A stretch of 64,000 nt of DNA from a virus, in IMG/VR virus record IMGVR_UViG_3300009155_000038, one strand, 5' to 3'. A model generated the notes under the pieces. That model was not told the origin of the DNA and searched no databases. It saw only the letters and a program-made list of their open reading frames with translations. How positions within the stretch are numbered: the first letter of the stretch is position 1; every line of letters begins with the position of its first letter. The position numbers were made by a program, and so were the translations under genes. Positions 9,999-19,427 of the stretch are shown piece after piece.

Positions 9999-10970
9999 TT
10001 ACTTGAAGTCAACGCGAGCCAGACCGTTCGTGTGACCGAACGAGCCGCCTTGCGTGTTGTAGGCGAAATACTCAAGCATGTAAGCTTCACGACGGATGTA
10101 CATCGTGGTGGGCTCAAGCTCGTAGTTCTTGCCAATGAACTTGGGGCTGGCAAACATAAACAAGCTATCATCGGGGATAAGACCCGTATTAGCTGGCTGC
10201 GTGGTGTCGCTGATACCTTCCGCGGCCCGACGCTTGATCGTGACGATCCAGCGGCAGTTGAGGAAGTTAGTCTCAGCCCAGCCGTTCTTGATGATGTCCT
10301 GCGAGAAGTCACCGCCCATTTCGTCGCGACCGAACTTGAGGATTTCCTTGATCGTGATGTTATTCACGAGGCAAGTTTCAACCTCAAAGTGCGAAGGCGT
10401 ACGGGGCATGACCTTCAGGGCGTCAACAAGCGTCTCACGCGTGATGCCACCGCTGATCTCTTCATACTGCACCGAACCGGAAGCAACGTTCGCCACGCCC
10501 GGGGTCGGGAGGACGGCGTTGAAAGCGGCGATGAACTTCGAGTCTTCCTCGGCGAGCATGTCCTTGATCATGTTGTCGCTGAGAACCTGACGAATGTCGA
10601 TGACATACGTACGCAGTTCGTCGACGTCCTTCACAGCGCGGGGCGACACGATCCGGTCAAACATGACGCGGTAGCGCGGGCCACGGATGTAGAAGTTGAT
10701 CGGGAGTGTCGCAAACGGGAGCGACACAGCCGCCGGGGAATCGGGCTCCTTGTCCACAACCTTGACGGGCTTGTCAGTGTCAACCTGACGGTCCAGCTCG
10801 TCGTTGGTGATGGTCAGCGGGGGCATAATCCGACGATAGAAACCGTCTTCACGCATCTTGGTGCGCGTGAAATCGTTAACCGCGTCGATGGCCTGCTTCT
10901 GCATGCCGGGGGTATCGAGCTGCTCAAACAGTGTCTCGTTGAGCAGTTGTACTTCTTGCTGTGTGGGCAT
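9999..10970 (-). CDS. Major capsid protein (HK97-type)
   Basis: About 323 aa from ATG 10970 (GGAGG SD); highly biased codons; MREDGFYRRIMPP..RVMFDRIVSP..DELRTYVIDIRQVLSDNMIKDMLAEED; follows protease, scaffold and decoration genes. Confidence 0.8.
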   Translation of the reverse strand: MPTQQEVQLLNETLFEQLDTPGMQKQAIDAVNDFTRTKMREDGFYRRIMPPLTITNDELDRQVDTDKPVKVVDKEPDSPAAVSLPFATLPINFYIRGPRYRVMFDRIVSPRAVKDVDELRTYVIDIRQVLSDNMIKDMLAEEDSKFIAAFNAVLPTPGVANVASGSVQYEEISGGITRETLVDALKVMPRTPSHFEVETCLVNNITIKEILKFGRDEMGGDFSQDIIKNGWAETNFLNCRWIVTIKRRAAEGISDTTQPANTGLIPDDSLFMFASPKFIGKNYELEPTTMYIRREAYMLEYFAYNTQGGSFGHTNGLARVDFK

Positions 10971-11012
10971 TGTTGGAACCTCCATGTTCCTAGTAGTTAG
11001 TTAGTGTTTAGG

Positions 11013-11579
11013 TCAGTCGATGGTGGCAGCAGTGCCGGCGGGCAGGTAAACGCTCCAGAACGAAAGCGTCTGCACACCGTTGTGATTCTTCGACGCGCCG
11101 CTGGAAACAACACCGCAGACAGCGTTGACGTACTGAACAGCGCTCTGGTTTGTCAGAACACCGCCAGTGGACAGCGCGCTGGTCGAGGTGCCAGCTGTGA
11201 GCAGGTCGCCCGGAGCATAAGTCTGCGTCGCATCAAATTCAGTCGACGCAATCTCGTAACCACCGGTGGCAACAAGACCCGACAGCTTGCCGGTCGGCGA
11301 AACTGCCTGATGCATGAAGTTGCCGCCAGCTGTCGTGCCGGGGTTGCTGACGTCGGCATCGGACGAGCCGTTCAGCAGGAAGATGCCCATGTGCGAGCCG
11401 CTGACGCCGGGAAGAAATACTTCCTTGCCGCTAGCCAGCTCAAGATGCACAACGCGACCGCGCGGCACAGTGAACGAAACCGAACTCGACAGCTTGGCCG
11501 AGTAGTCGAGAGAAGCCATATCGAACCAGCCCTTTTTGACGTCAAGGCCGTGTTCGAACATAAGATCGGGAGCAGGCAT
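11013..11579 (-). CDS. Capsid decoration / auxiliary head protein
   Basis: 188 aa immediately upstream of the MCP; GGYEIASTEFDATQTYAPGDLLTAG pattern typical of beta-tulip decoration proteins. Confidence 0.6.
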   Translation of the reverse strand: MPAPDLMFEHGLDVKKGWFDMASLDYSAKLSSSVSFTVPRGRVVHLELASGKEVFLPGVSGSHMGIFLLNGSSDADVSNPGTTAGGNFMHQAVSPTGKLSGLVATGGYEIASTEFDATQTYAPGDLLTAGTSTSALSTGGVLTNQSAVQYVNAVCGVVSSGASKNHNGVQTLSFWSVYLPAGTAATID

Positions 11580-11641
11580 TGGTAGACCTCCATGTCTTTC
11601 TTGCTTTTGGAAGCGTCATGCTTCCGGGTAAACGAACGAAT

Positions 11642-12067
11642 TCAGTTAGTGGGGGGATTAAGTCCAAGACCGGTGAACAACTTCACGTCGGAGGCCTTGA
11701 GGCGACCGTCGCGAGCGCCGACATAGCTGTTGGTCAGGCTGTTCGACGGGTCGTAGCCGGCTGTCTTTACAGACGAGACGGGTGTACCCAGTCGGGCCAT
11801 CTCAGCAGCGTTCTTGTGCGACGCCAGCTTGATAACAAGTTCCATAGCGCGCACCGGATCTTGAAGAGCTGCAGCGAGCGCTTCCTTCTGGTGAGCTTCA
11901 ATCCGCTCGTTCTCAACACACGCCTTAACGGCTTCAGGAATCAGTCGGGCGACCTTCTCCTGAGCAGCCTCTTGCGCGGTCAGAACCGAAGCAGCCTTGG
12001 TCATCGCGGCATCGGAGAATCCGATGTAGTCGATAACCTTTTGTACGAGCGCGTTGTTGCTAGACAT
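11642..12067 (-). CDS. Head assembly protein (scaffold-like, helical)
   Basis: GGAGG SD; EKVA, KLAS and KTAG motifs. Confidence 0.55.
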   Translation of the reverse strand: MSSNNALVQKVIDYIGFSDAAMTKAASVLTAQEAAQEKVARLIPEAVKACVENERIEAHQKEALAAALQDPVRAMELVIKLASHKNAAEMARLGTPVSSVKTAGYDPSNSLTNSYVGARDGRLKASDVKLFTGLGLNPPTN

Positions 12068-12084
12068 TAAAACCTCCGAGAATA

Positions 12085-13434
12085 TCAACGGTTAAGGAGT
12101 TCGATGACGTGCTGCTTCATGCTGTCGCGCAGTTCGCGCGACCGCTTGGTGCGAGCTTCTTTAACTTGGAACTTGCCAGCGCGCTTGAAGCTAACGACCT
12201 CGCGGCCAATGGCATCAAGAGCAGCCGACGCTGTCTTGGGCGCTTCTGCCATCGCGGCTTCTTCCATCGGAGCAGCTTCGGGAGCCATGCCACCCTCAGC
12301 ACCGCCACCTTGGGAAAGAGCCTGAATCAGTGCCTCGGGCGGAATGCCGAGTTCTTCAAGCGCCATGGCCAGCTCTTGAACAGCCTCGTCACCACCGCCA
12401 GCTTCTGGGCCAGCAGCTTCCATCGGCATTTCTTCGCCCATGCCGCCGCCTTCGCCGCCCATCATGGCCTCAAGACCAGCCGGAGCTGCGTCGTCAGCCG
12501 GGGCGTCGCTTGCGCCGGAACCAGCGTCAGACGGAGCCGAATGATCTTCGCCTTCAGCAGCGTCGGCTGTCGGGTCAGCAGCAGCCATCTTCGATGTTAC
12601 AAAGCCGATGAACAGGTCAGCCATCTCGTCAGCTTCACGAATTGTGTTTGCACACACCTCGCGAACCGACGCCTCAGCCGCTTCCTTGCTCAGGCCAAGC
12701 GCAGCAGCAAGCTCGTAGCCGGCAGCAAAAGAAGCGGACTTACCCGAACGCAGAGCGCTCAGATCCGAGCCTTCAATCTTGCCGTCGTTATCAACGTCCA
12801 GCTTGGACTGGTTGCCCTTCAGGCCGCTGTGTTCAGCCTTTTCAGTTGCCGGCGACTCAGCGGCTTCCTCTTTTTTTCCTTCCATCTTCTCCTTCAGGAA
12901 AGCCGGCATTTCCGACTGCTTAGTCAGGTTGCTGGTACCGAAGTTGATGATGTTGGCGAGGATATCATTACCGAGAGCGCCAGCGCGATCGCGAGCTTCC
13001 TTGAACGTGACCGAGCTGTACTTCTCGCCGTCGTTGGTCTTGGCGGGATGCGATGTGCCCGGATCGTCCTTCGTGCCCTTGTAATCCTTCTCAGCGGAGG
13101 GATCTTCGCCAGTCGCGGCGGCGTTGGTACCGATGTTCAGCTGCACGTCGTCTTGACGACCTTCTTGCGGCAGTTCCGGGGTGCTATCAACACCGATTGG
13201 GCCCTGCTGCTTCTTGAGGTCAGCTTCGTACTCACTGGAGCGCGCGCCTTCCGTGGCAGCCTGTCCGTCGTTATCGACGTTGGCGCTGGGGTGCGAAGAA
13301 GCGCCAGCGTAACCACCCGGGTCAGACGGTGTGGGGCCAGCAGCCTTCTCGGCGGCGGTCTTAACAGGGCTCTTGCTAATCTCGTCAGCAAGGGCGTTGA
13401 GTTGCGCGAACAGTGAACGTTGCATCCGTGCCAT
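12085..13434 (-). CDS. Prohead scaffold/core protein
   Basis: Acidic, low-complexity, about 450 aa, between protease and capsid genes; KTAAEKAA, KYSS, KSAS, KEAA, KMAA, KTAS. Confidence 0.6.
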   Translation of the reverse strand: MARMQRSLFAQLNALADEISKSPVKTAAEKAAGPTPSDPGGYAGASSHPSANVDNDGQAATEGARSSEYEADLKKQQGPIGVDSTPELPQEGRQDDVQLNIGTNAAATGEDPSAEKDYKGTKDDPGTSHPAKTNDGEKYSSVTFKEARDRAGALGNDILANIINFGTSNLTKQSEMPAFLKEKMEGKKEEAAESPATEKAEHSGLKGNQSKLDVDNDGKIEGSDLSALRSGKSASFAAGYELAAALGLSKEAAEASVREVCANTIREADEMADLFIGFVTSKMAAADPTADAAEGEDHSAPSDAGSGASDAPADDAAPAGLEAMMGGEGGGMGEEMPMEAAGPEAGGGDEAVQELAMALEELGIPPEALIQALSQGGGAEGGMAPEAAPMEEAAMAEAPKTASAALDAIGREVVSFKRAGKFQVKEARTKRSRELRDSMKQHVIELLNR

Positions 13435-13478
13435 GATCATCTCCTTTGGTGTCTAATCGTTAACCGATTAGCTTCCGT

Positions 13479-14939
13479 TCATGTGATATAATTTTGCAGT
13501 ACACAGTGGTTTGCTGTCAACCAATTATTTCCGTGTTTCTCGCAGACTGTCGCCAAGGCGGCAATCTTATACAGGGCGTAATGCTGAGCCAGAGCTTGTT
13601 CTGCTTTACCACTCGCCTGTTTTTCACGCGGAAACTCAATCGACCGGGCATCACGAAGCACGGCTAAGTAAGCCCGTTTTTCGACGCTGACCGGTAATAC
13701 GCTATGTGTATGTGCTACCTTTTCTGCCCATACGCGTGTAGCGTGTGAAGCAGCGTTAGCAGGATAATACACGTTGTTTTCAAGCAGGCTGACGACGTCT
13801 TGATCATTAGCCAACTTAGAAAAAACATTGGGCAGCGCATAAGCCACCGCACCAATAAGTTTCTCGTCAGCTGATTTAACTGTCAAGGCTAAGAAATCCC
13901 GCACAGGCAGAATTACACCAGCCTCAGCCAACCCGCATAACACTTCGGCCATTTTAACAGCCGGGCAGCCATTTACATCAATCGGCGGTTGTACGGCCGA
14001 TGACGAAGATAGCGCAACTTGTGTCCAGTTCGCAGCATTCGCGCCAGCAAGCTTCTCAGCCTGTACAAGTTGCTGCAGCGCTTCAAGCTGTAACTGCGCC
14101 CGAACAGACGCGTTTTTATCGTAATCAAAGCCAATAGGCGCTGTTACACCCAGCTGCTCAGCTAGTTCAGCGCCAGACAGAATGCAAGCGCCGGCGGCTT
14201 TTTCAAGCTTGCCCGACACATAAGCAATTCTGTCAGCGGGCCGGAATACGTGAGAAATATCAAAAAAGCTAGGGTTGGGGTTATCGGCGTGCAGCACATG
14301 CCCGTCTGACATAACCCGACCAATGTTGTGCTTCAGACCGCCTGCTTTACAGTGGCCACCGTTTTCAATTGAGTCGCAATACTCAGCGCGGGTCTTAGCC
14401 GTGTTACCGCAAGACGAACACTTATCAAACGGGATCTTGCAGGCCATTGAGACAGCGATGTCTTTTTCGTTGGCCAGCTTTTCCATTTCCTTGTCGGCAA
14501 TTAAACCGCCGTTGCGCTCTGCGGCTTCTTTCGAGCCGTTCAGTGCACAGACGAGTTCAATACGTCGCATCGGCTCGTGATAAGCGCTAGCTTTAACAAT
14601 ACCGAAGCTCTTGGCTGGATTCTTGTTGGCGTGGTCCCGATAGAAACGAGCAAACTTTTCGAACGTCGGGTGATACTTCTGGCAGCACTCGCGGGTGAAT
14701 CCGTCGCCGTTACGGTTCGGGCCGTAATCTTCCGTGGCGCCGATAGCGATCATGTGTACCGGAATTTCGTCTTTAGCGAACTTGATGTTGTCCAGCTTGT
14801 GAACAAACTCAGCGCCGGCGCGCTTGATAAGATCAGCCTTATCGCTGCCAATAATACCGCGGCTAGATATCTTAATCAGGCTGGCCACGGGCTCGCTGAA
14901 GTCTTGCGAATGCGGCTGGATAACTTTGATCATGCTCAT
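13479..14939 (-). CDS. Prohead (maturation) serine protease
   Basis: GPNRNGDGF..RDHANK..IAVSMACKIPFDKCSSCGN..FFDISHVFRPADRIA; conserved pattern of large-phage prohead proteases; typical position. Confidence 0.8.
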   Translation of the reverse strand: MSMIKVIQPHSQDFSEPVASLIKISSRGIIGSDKADLIKRAGAEFVHKLDNIKFAKDEIPVHMIAIGATEDYGPNRNGDGFTRECCQKYHPTFEKFARFYRDHANKNPAKSFGIVKASAYHEPMRRIELVCALNGSKEAAERNGGLIADKEMEKLANEKDIAVSMACKIPFDKCSSCGNTAKTRAEYCDSIENGGHCKAGGLKHNIGRVMSDGHVLHADNPNPSFFDISHVFRPADRIAYVSGKLEKAAGACILSGAELAEQLGVTAPIGFDYDKNASVRAQLQLEALQQLVQAEKLAGANAANWTQVALSSSSAVQPPIDVNGCPAVKMAEVLCGLAEAGVILPVRDFLALTVKSADEKLIGAVAYALPNVFSKLANDQDVVSLLENNVYYPANAASHATRVWAEKVAHTHSVLPVSVEKRAYLAVLRDARSIEFPREKQASGKAEQALAQHYALYKIAALATVCEKHGNNWLTANHCVLQNYIT

Positions 14940-14942
14940 GGT

Positions 14943-15650
14943 TTACTCGCTTGCGGCGCTGCCGCGTAAAGAACTAAGAAGCGTCGGCAGGGCAAGCGCG
15001 CCAGCGCCGATCATCGCGTATCGGCCCCTGACCGGCGGCAACTTTTTAAGCGTAGCGCGGAAGGCCGCAGCCGGTGCTTTTTTTCCCGCCCCGCGGCGCG
15101 ACAACGCCGCAATAATGTCGGCGTCAGCCTTGCCCGCACTGCGCATCTTTTCGACAGCGGGCGCTAGGTGTTTTGCCAGATCAGGATTCGCATCGACTGC
15201 GCGGTCTAATTTACCCCACTGATCGAGCATGCCGTGCGCTTTATGTCCGCCGTAACCGCCAACTCCAGCACTACCTAATCCAACAGCTGTATTCAAAACG
15301 CTGTTATCGTGGCCCGCTTGCGCTACGGCTGGCGGGGGAGTTGTCGGCGAAGAGAACTCACGCGCGGCTGTTACTCCAAGACCGCCAAGGCCGCCCATCA
15401 ACGCGTAATTCAGCGCAGAGCGTCGTTTGTTCTTAGGCTGCAGCATGCCGACTAACCCGCCGGCGCCTGCGCCAAGCAACGCATTTTGTAGGTACGGGCT
15501 CGACGCAATCTGCGCGAGATCAATGTTAGCCTGCTTCTTCGTCTGCAGTGTTGCAACGACGGTTGCAACCTTTTCAGTCTCAGCGGACGCTTTACGCAAC
15601 GCCAAGCCGGCTAAACCGCGCGCTAACTGCTGTTGTTCTGTGTTGTTCAT
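14943..15650 (-). CDS. Glycine-zipper virion (internal head) protein
   Basis: LLGAGAGGLVG, LMGGLGGLG, GLGSAGVGGYGG segments; EKVA, KKQAN. Confidence 0.55.
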   Translation of the reverse strand: MNNTEQQQLARGLAGLALRKASAETEKVATVVATLQTKKQANIDLAQIASSPYLQNALLGAGAGGLVGMLQPKNKRRSALNYALMGGLGGLGVTAAREFSSPTTPPPAVAQAGHDNSVLNTAVGLGSAGVGGYGGHKAHGMLDQWGKLDRAVDANPDLAKHLAPAVEKMRSAGKADADIIAALSRRGAGKKAPAAAFRATLKKLPPVRGRYAMIGAGALALPTLLSSLRGSAASE

Positions 15651-15659
15651 GATTATGGC

Positions 15660-17039
15660 TCAGATAAGTGTGCGGGCAGCTTGCTGTGCTTGATTAGTCG
15701 CCTTTTCAGTTTCAGCTTTCGCCTTTTCCAGCTCAACGAGTTGCTGTACGTCAAAGTCGGCCATCCCGCCAGACTCAAGACGCTTGCGCAGTAAAGCCTG
15801 CATGGCGGCGCTTGAGCCAGTAAAGTTTGGCGCCATCTCGGCGATTTGGTTATACGCGCTCGCTACTTCATTCGGGTCATAGCCGGAGATAACTGGGTCG
15901 TTAAGAATTAAATCGTTCAGCACGCCGCGGGACTTAATTTGCTGCAGCCGGTTTTCATGATCTGGGCTAGCAAGGCGCGCGAACGCTTTTTGTTTCTGCT
16001 GCATGGGATCTGTGGCGGCGTCGGCACGCGCGGCTTGATCGGCAATAGCGCCGCTACCCATAAGCTTGCCAAGGTTTGCCATAGTGCCACCGAACGATGT
16101 TAACGGCGCGGGAGCACTATCTTTTTTTTTGCCGTCGTCAGACGCTGCCTTGAGCGTCAGCGGTTCTTCAAGCGGGTTATACAGAATCGAGCCTGTAGTA
16201 AAAGTTGGCGCTGCTTTCTTATTGATTACAGACGCCTGCTTTACCGTATCAAGATTGCTTTTAGCCGTGTTGTAAGCGTCAACGGCGTCAAGCACGTTTG
16301 TTACAAGCGAATAAGGACCGGTAAGGCCCAGATGTGTTTCACCGGTGGCGGCCTGCTTTTCAAGGTGCGGATAAACAGCGGCGAGCTTGTTCAGCACGGC
16401 CACGCCTTCGGCACCCAGACGCAGGTCAACTTCTCGCAGCGCGTCGCCAAATGACATATGGCCGGGCTTGCGGAAATAGTCGTGCAGCATATCCATTGCG
16501 TCCGCAGCCTTCTGATAAGCCATGGTCGAAATGCGGCGCGTCTCTTCAGCAGCGCGTTTTTCAGCCGCTTTCTGGCTGTAAGCACGCTCAGCAGCAAACT
16601 TCTCGTCGCGCGGGGGCGGGACGAACGTCTTGGCCGGAAGCTGATATTGCGCGGCGGCTGCTTTTTCAAGCGACGCGTTACGGCGAGCTAAGAACCCGGC
16701 CGGCGAAACAGCGTACTCGGTCGACACGATTGATTCTGATAACAATTCGCTCGATGTCTTGACCTGTTTGGGATACAGCGCCTCAAGAACAGAGTCAGCG
16801 TCGGCAAGCTGGAAGTCAGCGGACTTCTCAGTGGCGTCATCGCCCTGCTCGCGCTGCTTGGTGGTGCGGCCCGTGTTATAGGCGTGCACCATAAGATTAA
16901 TGTGGCCCGCCGGTACATTCGCTTCCGACGCGCTCTTTACGATTGCGTCGTTTGGCGAAGAGCCGGCATTTACGAGAGTAGCCGCGCGCTCAATGGCGCT
17001 GATAAGTTTCTGTTCGGCTTCTTTGCTGAGTGAACGCAT
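15660..17039 (-). CDS. Internal head/core protein with many K-x-A/S motifs
   Basis: 459 aa helical; KSAS, EKSAD, KTSS, EKAAA, EKQAA, KQAS, KKAA, KAAS. Confidence 0.6.
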   Translation of the reverse strand: MRSLSKEAEQKLISAIERAATLVNAGSSPNDAIVKSASEANVPAGHINLMVHAYNTGRTTKQREQGDDATEKSADFQLADADSVLEALYPKQVKTSSELLSESIVSTEYAVSPAGFLARRNASLEKAAAAQYQLPAKTFVPPPRDEKFAAERAYSQKAAEKRAAEETRRISTMAYQKAADAMDMLHDYFRKPGHMSFGDALREVDLRLGAEGVAVLNKLAAVYPHLEKQAATGETHLGLTGPYSLVTNVLDAVDAYNTAKSNLDTVKQASVINKKAAPTFTTGSILYNPLEEPLTLKAASDDGKKKDSAPAPLTSFGGTMANLGKLMGSGAIADQAARADAATDPMQQKQKAFARLASPDHENRLQQIKSRGVLNDLILNDPVISGYDPNEVASAYNQIAEMAPNFTGSSAAMQALLRKRLESGGMADFDVQQLVELEKAKAETEKATNQAQQAARTLI

Positions 17040-17041
17040 CG

Positions 17042-17977
17042 CTACTCTCCGGGGAAGTGCAGATTCTCAATATTTTGCTGATTTCGCAGAGAACCACCAG
17101 TCGCCAAAACCATTAACTCGTCGTTTCTTAATTCGGCTGCGCCATTATCAAAAGGTAACATTTTTACTGTGTCGGAATCCAGTTTTGTCCCAACTTTGAA
17201 CGGAAGCGACGACAGCATAGCCCCGATGTTTTCGACAATAGTAGAGTGGGCTTTGGTCGCGTTTTCAGTTGTACGTTCGATTTCTACGTATTTTACAAAA
17301 CTGTCGATAAGCGCTAACTGCGTATGGGTATTGATCTGCACCGTCAAAGTTGCGATAGCCGCCTTGTATTTCATCGAACTAATAGCAAAATCTTGGAAAA
17401 AGCCTGATACATCTTCTGGCGTTTCAGGGCGAGTAATTTCACTGGATTTGCTAAGTACCGCGTTCAAAACATGTGTGCCGCCCTTATAGCCAAGCATTTT
17501 CCAGAGTAAGTCGTATTGGCGCTCTTGCAGCCCACGCGTGACGGCATCAGCCATTATGACATTAGTAATATAGTCAGTGTTGTATAATTTTTCGCGCACA
17601 TCAAAAAATACTTGCGCGTATGCCGCGATAACAGCCGGCGTTGTACCGACCCGGTCAGCGATTTCCTCATCTGATTCGCCTGCAAGGATCCGAGCTTCAA
17701 TACCCCAGCGAGTCGGGGCTTTATCCTCGGCCCATAGAGAATGGGCCCAAAACATGTCGCTATCGCGCGCTAATAACGAATAAATGGCGTCCGGTCTATT
17801 GCTAGCCTGCTCAAATCTGCGCTTTAACCTAACGGCGCGGCGGATCCACTCAAAGCCGCCGGGACCGTCAAACGTCCGCGCTGGTTTGCGGCCGCCTGCG
17901 TCTATCTGTATAGCGCGCAACCAACGCCAATTAGGCGCTCGCCGTGGACTAGCGTGAAGGTAATTTGGGATTTCCAT
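17042..17977 (-). CDS. Conserved hypothetical protein (head cluster)
   Basis: 311-aa ORF tightly packed with its neighbours. Confidence 0.6.
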   Translation of the reverse strand: MEIPNYLHASPRRAPNWRWLRAIQIDAGGRKPARTFDGPGGFEWIRRAVRLKRRFEQASNRPDAIYSLLARDSDMFWAHSLWAEDKAPTRWGIEARILAGESDEEIADRVGTTPAVIAAYAQVFFDVREKLYNTDYITNVIMADAVTRGLQERQYDLLWKMLGYKGGTHVLNAVLSKSSEITRPETPEDVSGFFQDFAISSMKYKAAIATLTVQINTHTQLALIDSFVKYVEIERTTENATKAHSTIVENIGAMLSSLPFKVGTKLDSDTVKMLPFDNGAAELRNDELMVLATGGSLRNQQNIENLHFPGE

Positions 17978-17992
17978 AAGCTGCTGCTGGCA

Positions 17993-18649
17993 CTAGACGT
18001 TTTGATCAACAAACCCAAAACAAATTGTGCAGTAATACTCAGGAACGGTGTAGTGGAACTGCACACTACTCATTGTTCCGTCAATGCGAATGATGTTAAA
18101 ACCTTCTGCCCCAGTAAATTGCGCGTATTGCGTGGGGCTTACTTGATTTAGATATGTTGTTTGCGACCACGACTCGCTGGTTAACGCCCAAATAGGCGTA
18201 AACGGTTTTGGCGCGCCGTTTTCATCAAACACAAGCACTGGCACAGTAGTACTGGGATTACCAACGCTGGCAAACGCAACCAAGGCGTCTGTGACGGGCG
18301 AACTAAACACCGCAGTAAATACCCCAGCCTGCGTGTTTCCAATTTGTTTGCCGCCGGGTGGTATGCCGTATTCTGGCGGAAAAATCTGCGGTTGGTACAT
18401 GCCGCTGTGCTCAAACATTCCACCGCCGCTCTGGCTAATCGCGACTGTGATATTGTTTTGCCCAATTCCAGATGCTGTGGATCCCGTAACAGAATTCATT
18501 GTCATCCACTGAAACCCGGAGCTGCCAAAAACAGCCGGGCCGAATACCAGATCATTGCCTACAAACACGCGCTCAACAGCATCATCGCCTATTTTGATAG
18601 ACGTAATGTTAGCGCTGTTTATGTATATATCGCTATCTGTTGGGGGCAT
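17993..18649 (-). CDS. Accessory virion/fibre-like protein
   Basis: N-term ITSIKIGDDAVERVFVGNDLVFGP module common in phage fibre-associated proteins; beta-rich C-domain. Confidence 0.5.
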   Translation of the reverse strand: MPPTDSDIYINSANITSIKIGDDAVERVFVGNDLVFGPAVFGSSGFQWMTMNSVTGSTASGIGQNNITVAISQSGGGMFEHSGMYQPQIFPPEYGIPPGGKQIGNTQAGVFTAVFSSPVTDALVAFASVGNPSTTVPVLVFDENGAPKPFTPIWALTSESWSQTTYLNQVSPTQYAQFTGAEGFNIIRIDGTMSSVQFHYTVPEYYCTICFGFVDQNV

Positions 18650-18654
18650 AACAA

Positions 18655-18978
18655 CTACTCGGCGATAATGTAGTACACCGTTGCGGGATCTCTAGGCGAC
18701 AACGCGTCATAACCAGCTTGGGTGATTTTGACGATGTTTGTAAGAACTGTCGCGCCTGTAATGCCGGTAGCGTCACTCTCAACGTAGTTGTTCGCGCCAT
18801 TATCGCCACTGATCTGTACAGCTGTTGTGTCGTCAAGGCCGGCGTACAGTTTGTTTGCTGCCTCGTCGTACAGCATCTCGCCCGGTTGCACGTTGATCGG
18901 CGTCGGGTCTAACGCGCTAACAACCTCTCGGCGTCGGTTCGGAAAATGCAGTGCGCGGAATACACGTGTGTCAGGCAT
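18655..18978 (-). CDS. Small fibre-associated protein
   Basis: GEMLYDEAANKLYAG (hyaluronidase/Mtd N-terminal-like) and C-term TNIVKITQAGYDALSPRDPATVYYI (minor-tail-type module); SD GGAG before ATG 18978. Confidence 0.5.
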   Translation of the reverse strand: MPDTRVFRALHFPNRRREVVSALDPTPINVQPGEMLYDEAANKLYAGLDDTTAVQISGDNGANNYVESDATGITGATVLTNIVKITQAGYDALSPRDPATVYYIIAE

Positions 18979-18997
18979 GATATCGCTCCGTAGATAT

Positions 18998-19417
18998 TTA
19001 GCGCAGCATCGGGGTTTCAACGGTGACGGTCAGCACGAAATTCTTTGAACCGCTACCGTTCGGCGTGATTCGCAAATACAGAAACCGCTGCGGGTTCGAT
19101 GGCGAGCCGTCGCGATTAAGATACGCAACGTTTACGTTGCTGTTCTCGGCAATCGCTACGACGTCTTGATCGGACACAACGTCAGCAAAGTCCGCCAGAC
19201 TGAGAACGTGAAAAGCTTCCGCTGGCAGAGCGCTATTCGGCGTTGTTGCCTGATTGCTGGAATAAAGGTCGGCCTCAAACTTATTGTCGGCACCAGTTAG
19301 CTGAACGAGTGCGTATCCGCGCAGAATTGCCCGGTGCGGCATCTTTACCGGCACAACTGTTTCAGAGCCGCTTGCCGCTGTAAATGTGGTAGTGCCCGAC
19401 CAAATCGTGCTAGCCAT
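18998..19417 (-). CDS. Hypothetical beta-rich virion protein
   Basis: 139-aa ORF in the operon. Confidence 0.55.
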   Translation of the reverse strand: MASTIWSGTTTFTAASGSETVVPVKMPHRAILRGYALVQLTGADNKFEADLYSSNQATTPNSALPAEAFHVLSLADFADVVSDQDVVAIAENSNVNVAYLNRDGSPSNPQRFLYLRITPNGSGSKNFVLTVTVETPMLR

Positions 19418-19427
19418 TTTTCACCTA

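Noticed and set aside
16119-16131. Homopolymer runs as programmed frameshift or phase-variation sites (also 39379-39388, 61523-61532)
   Set aside because: The first encodes KKK in an intact ORF and the others are intergenic; no broken ORF pairs needing a shift
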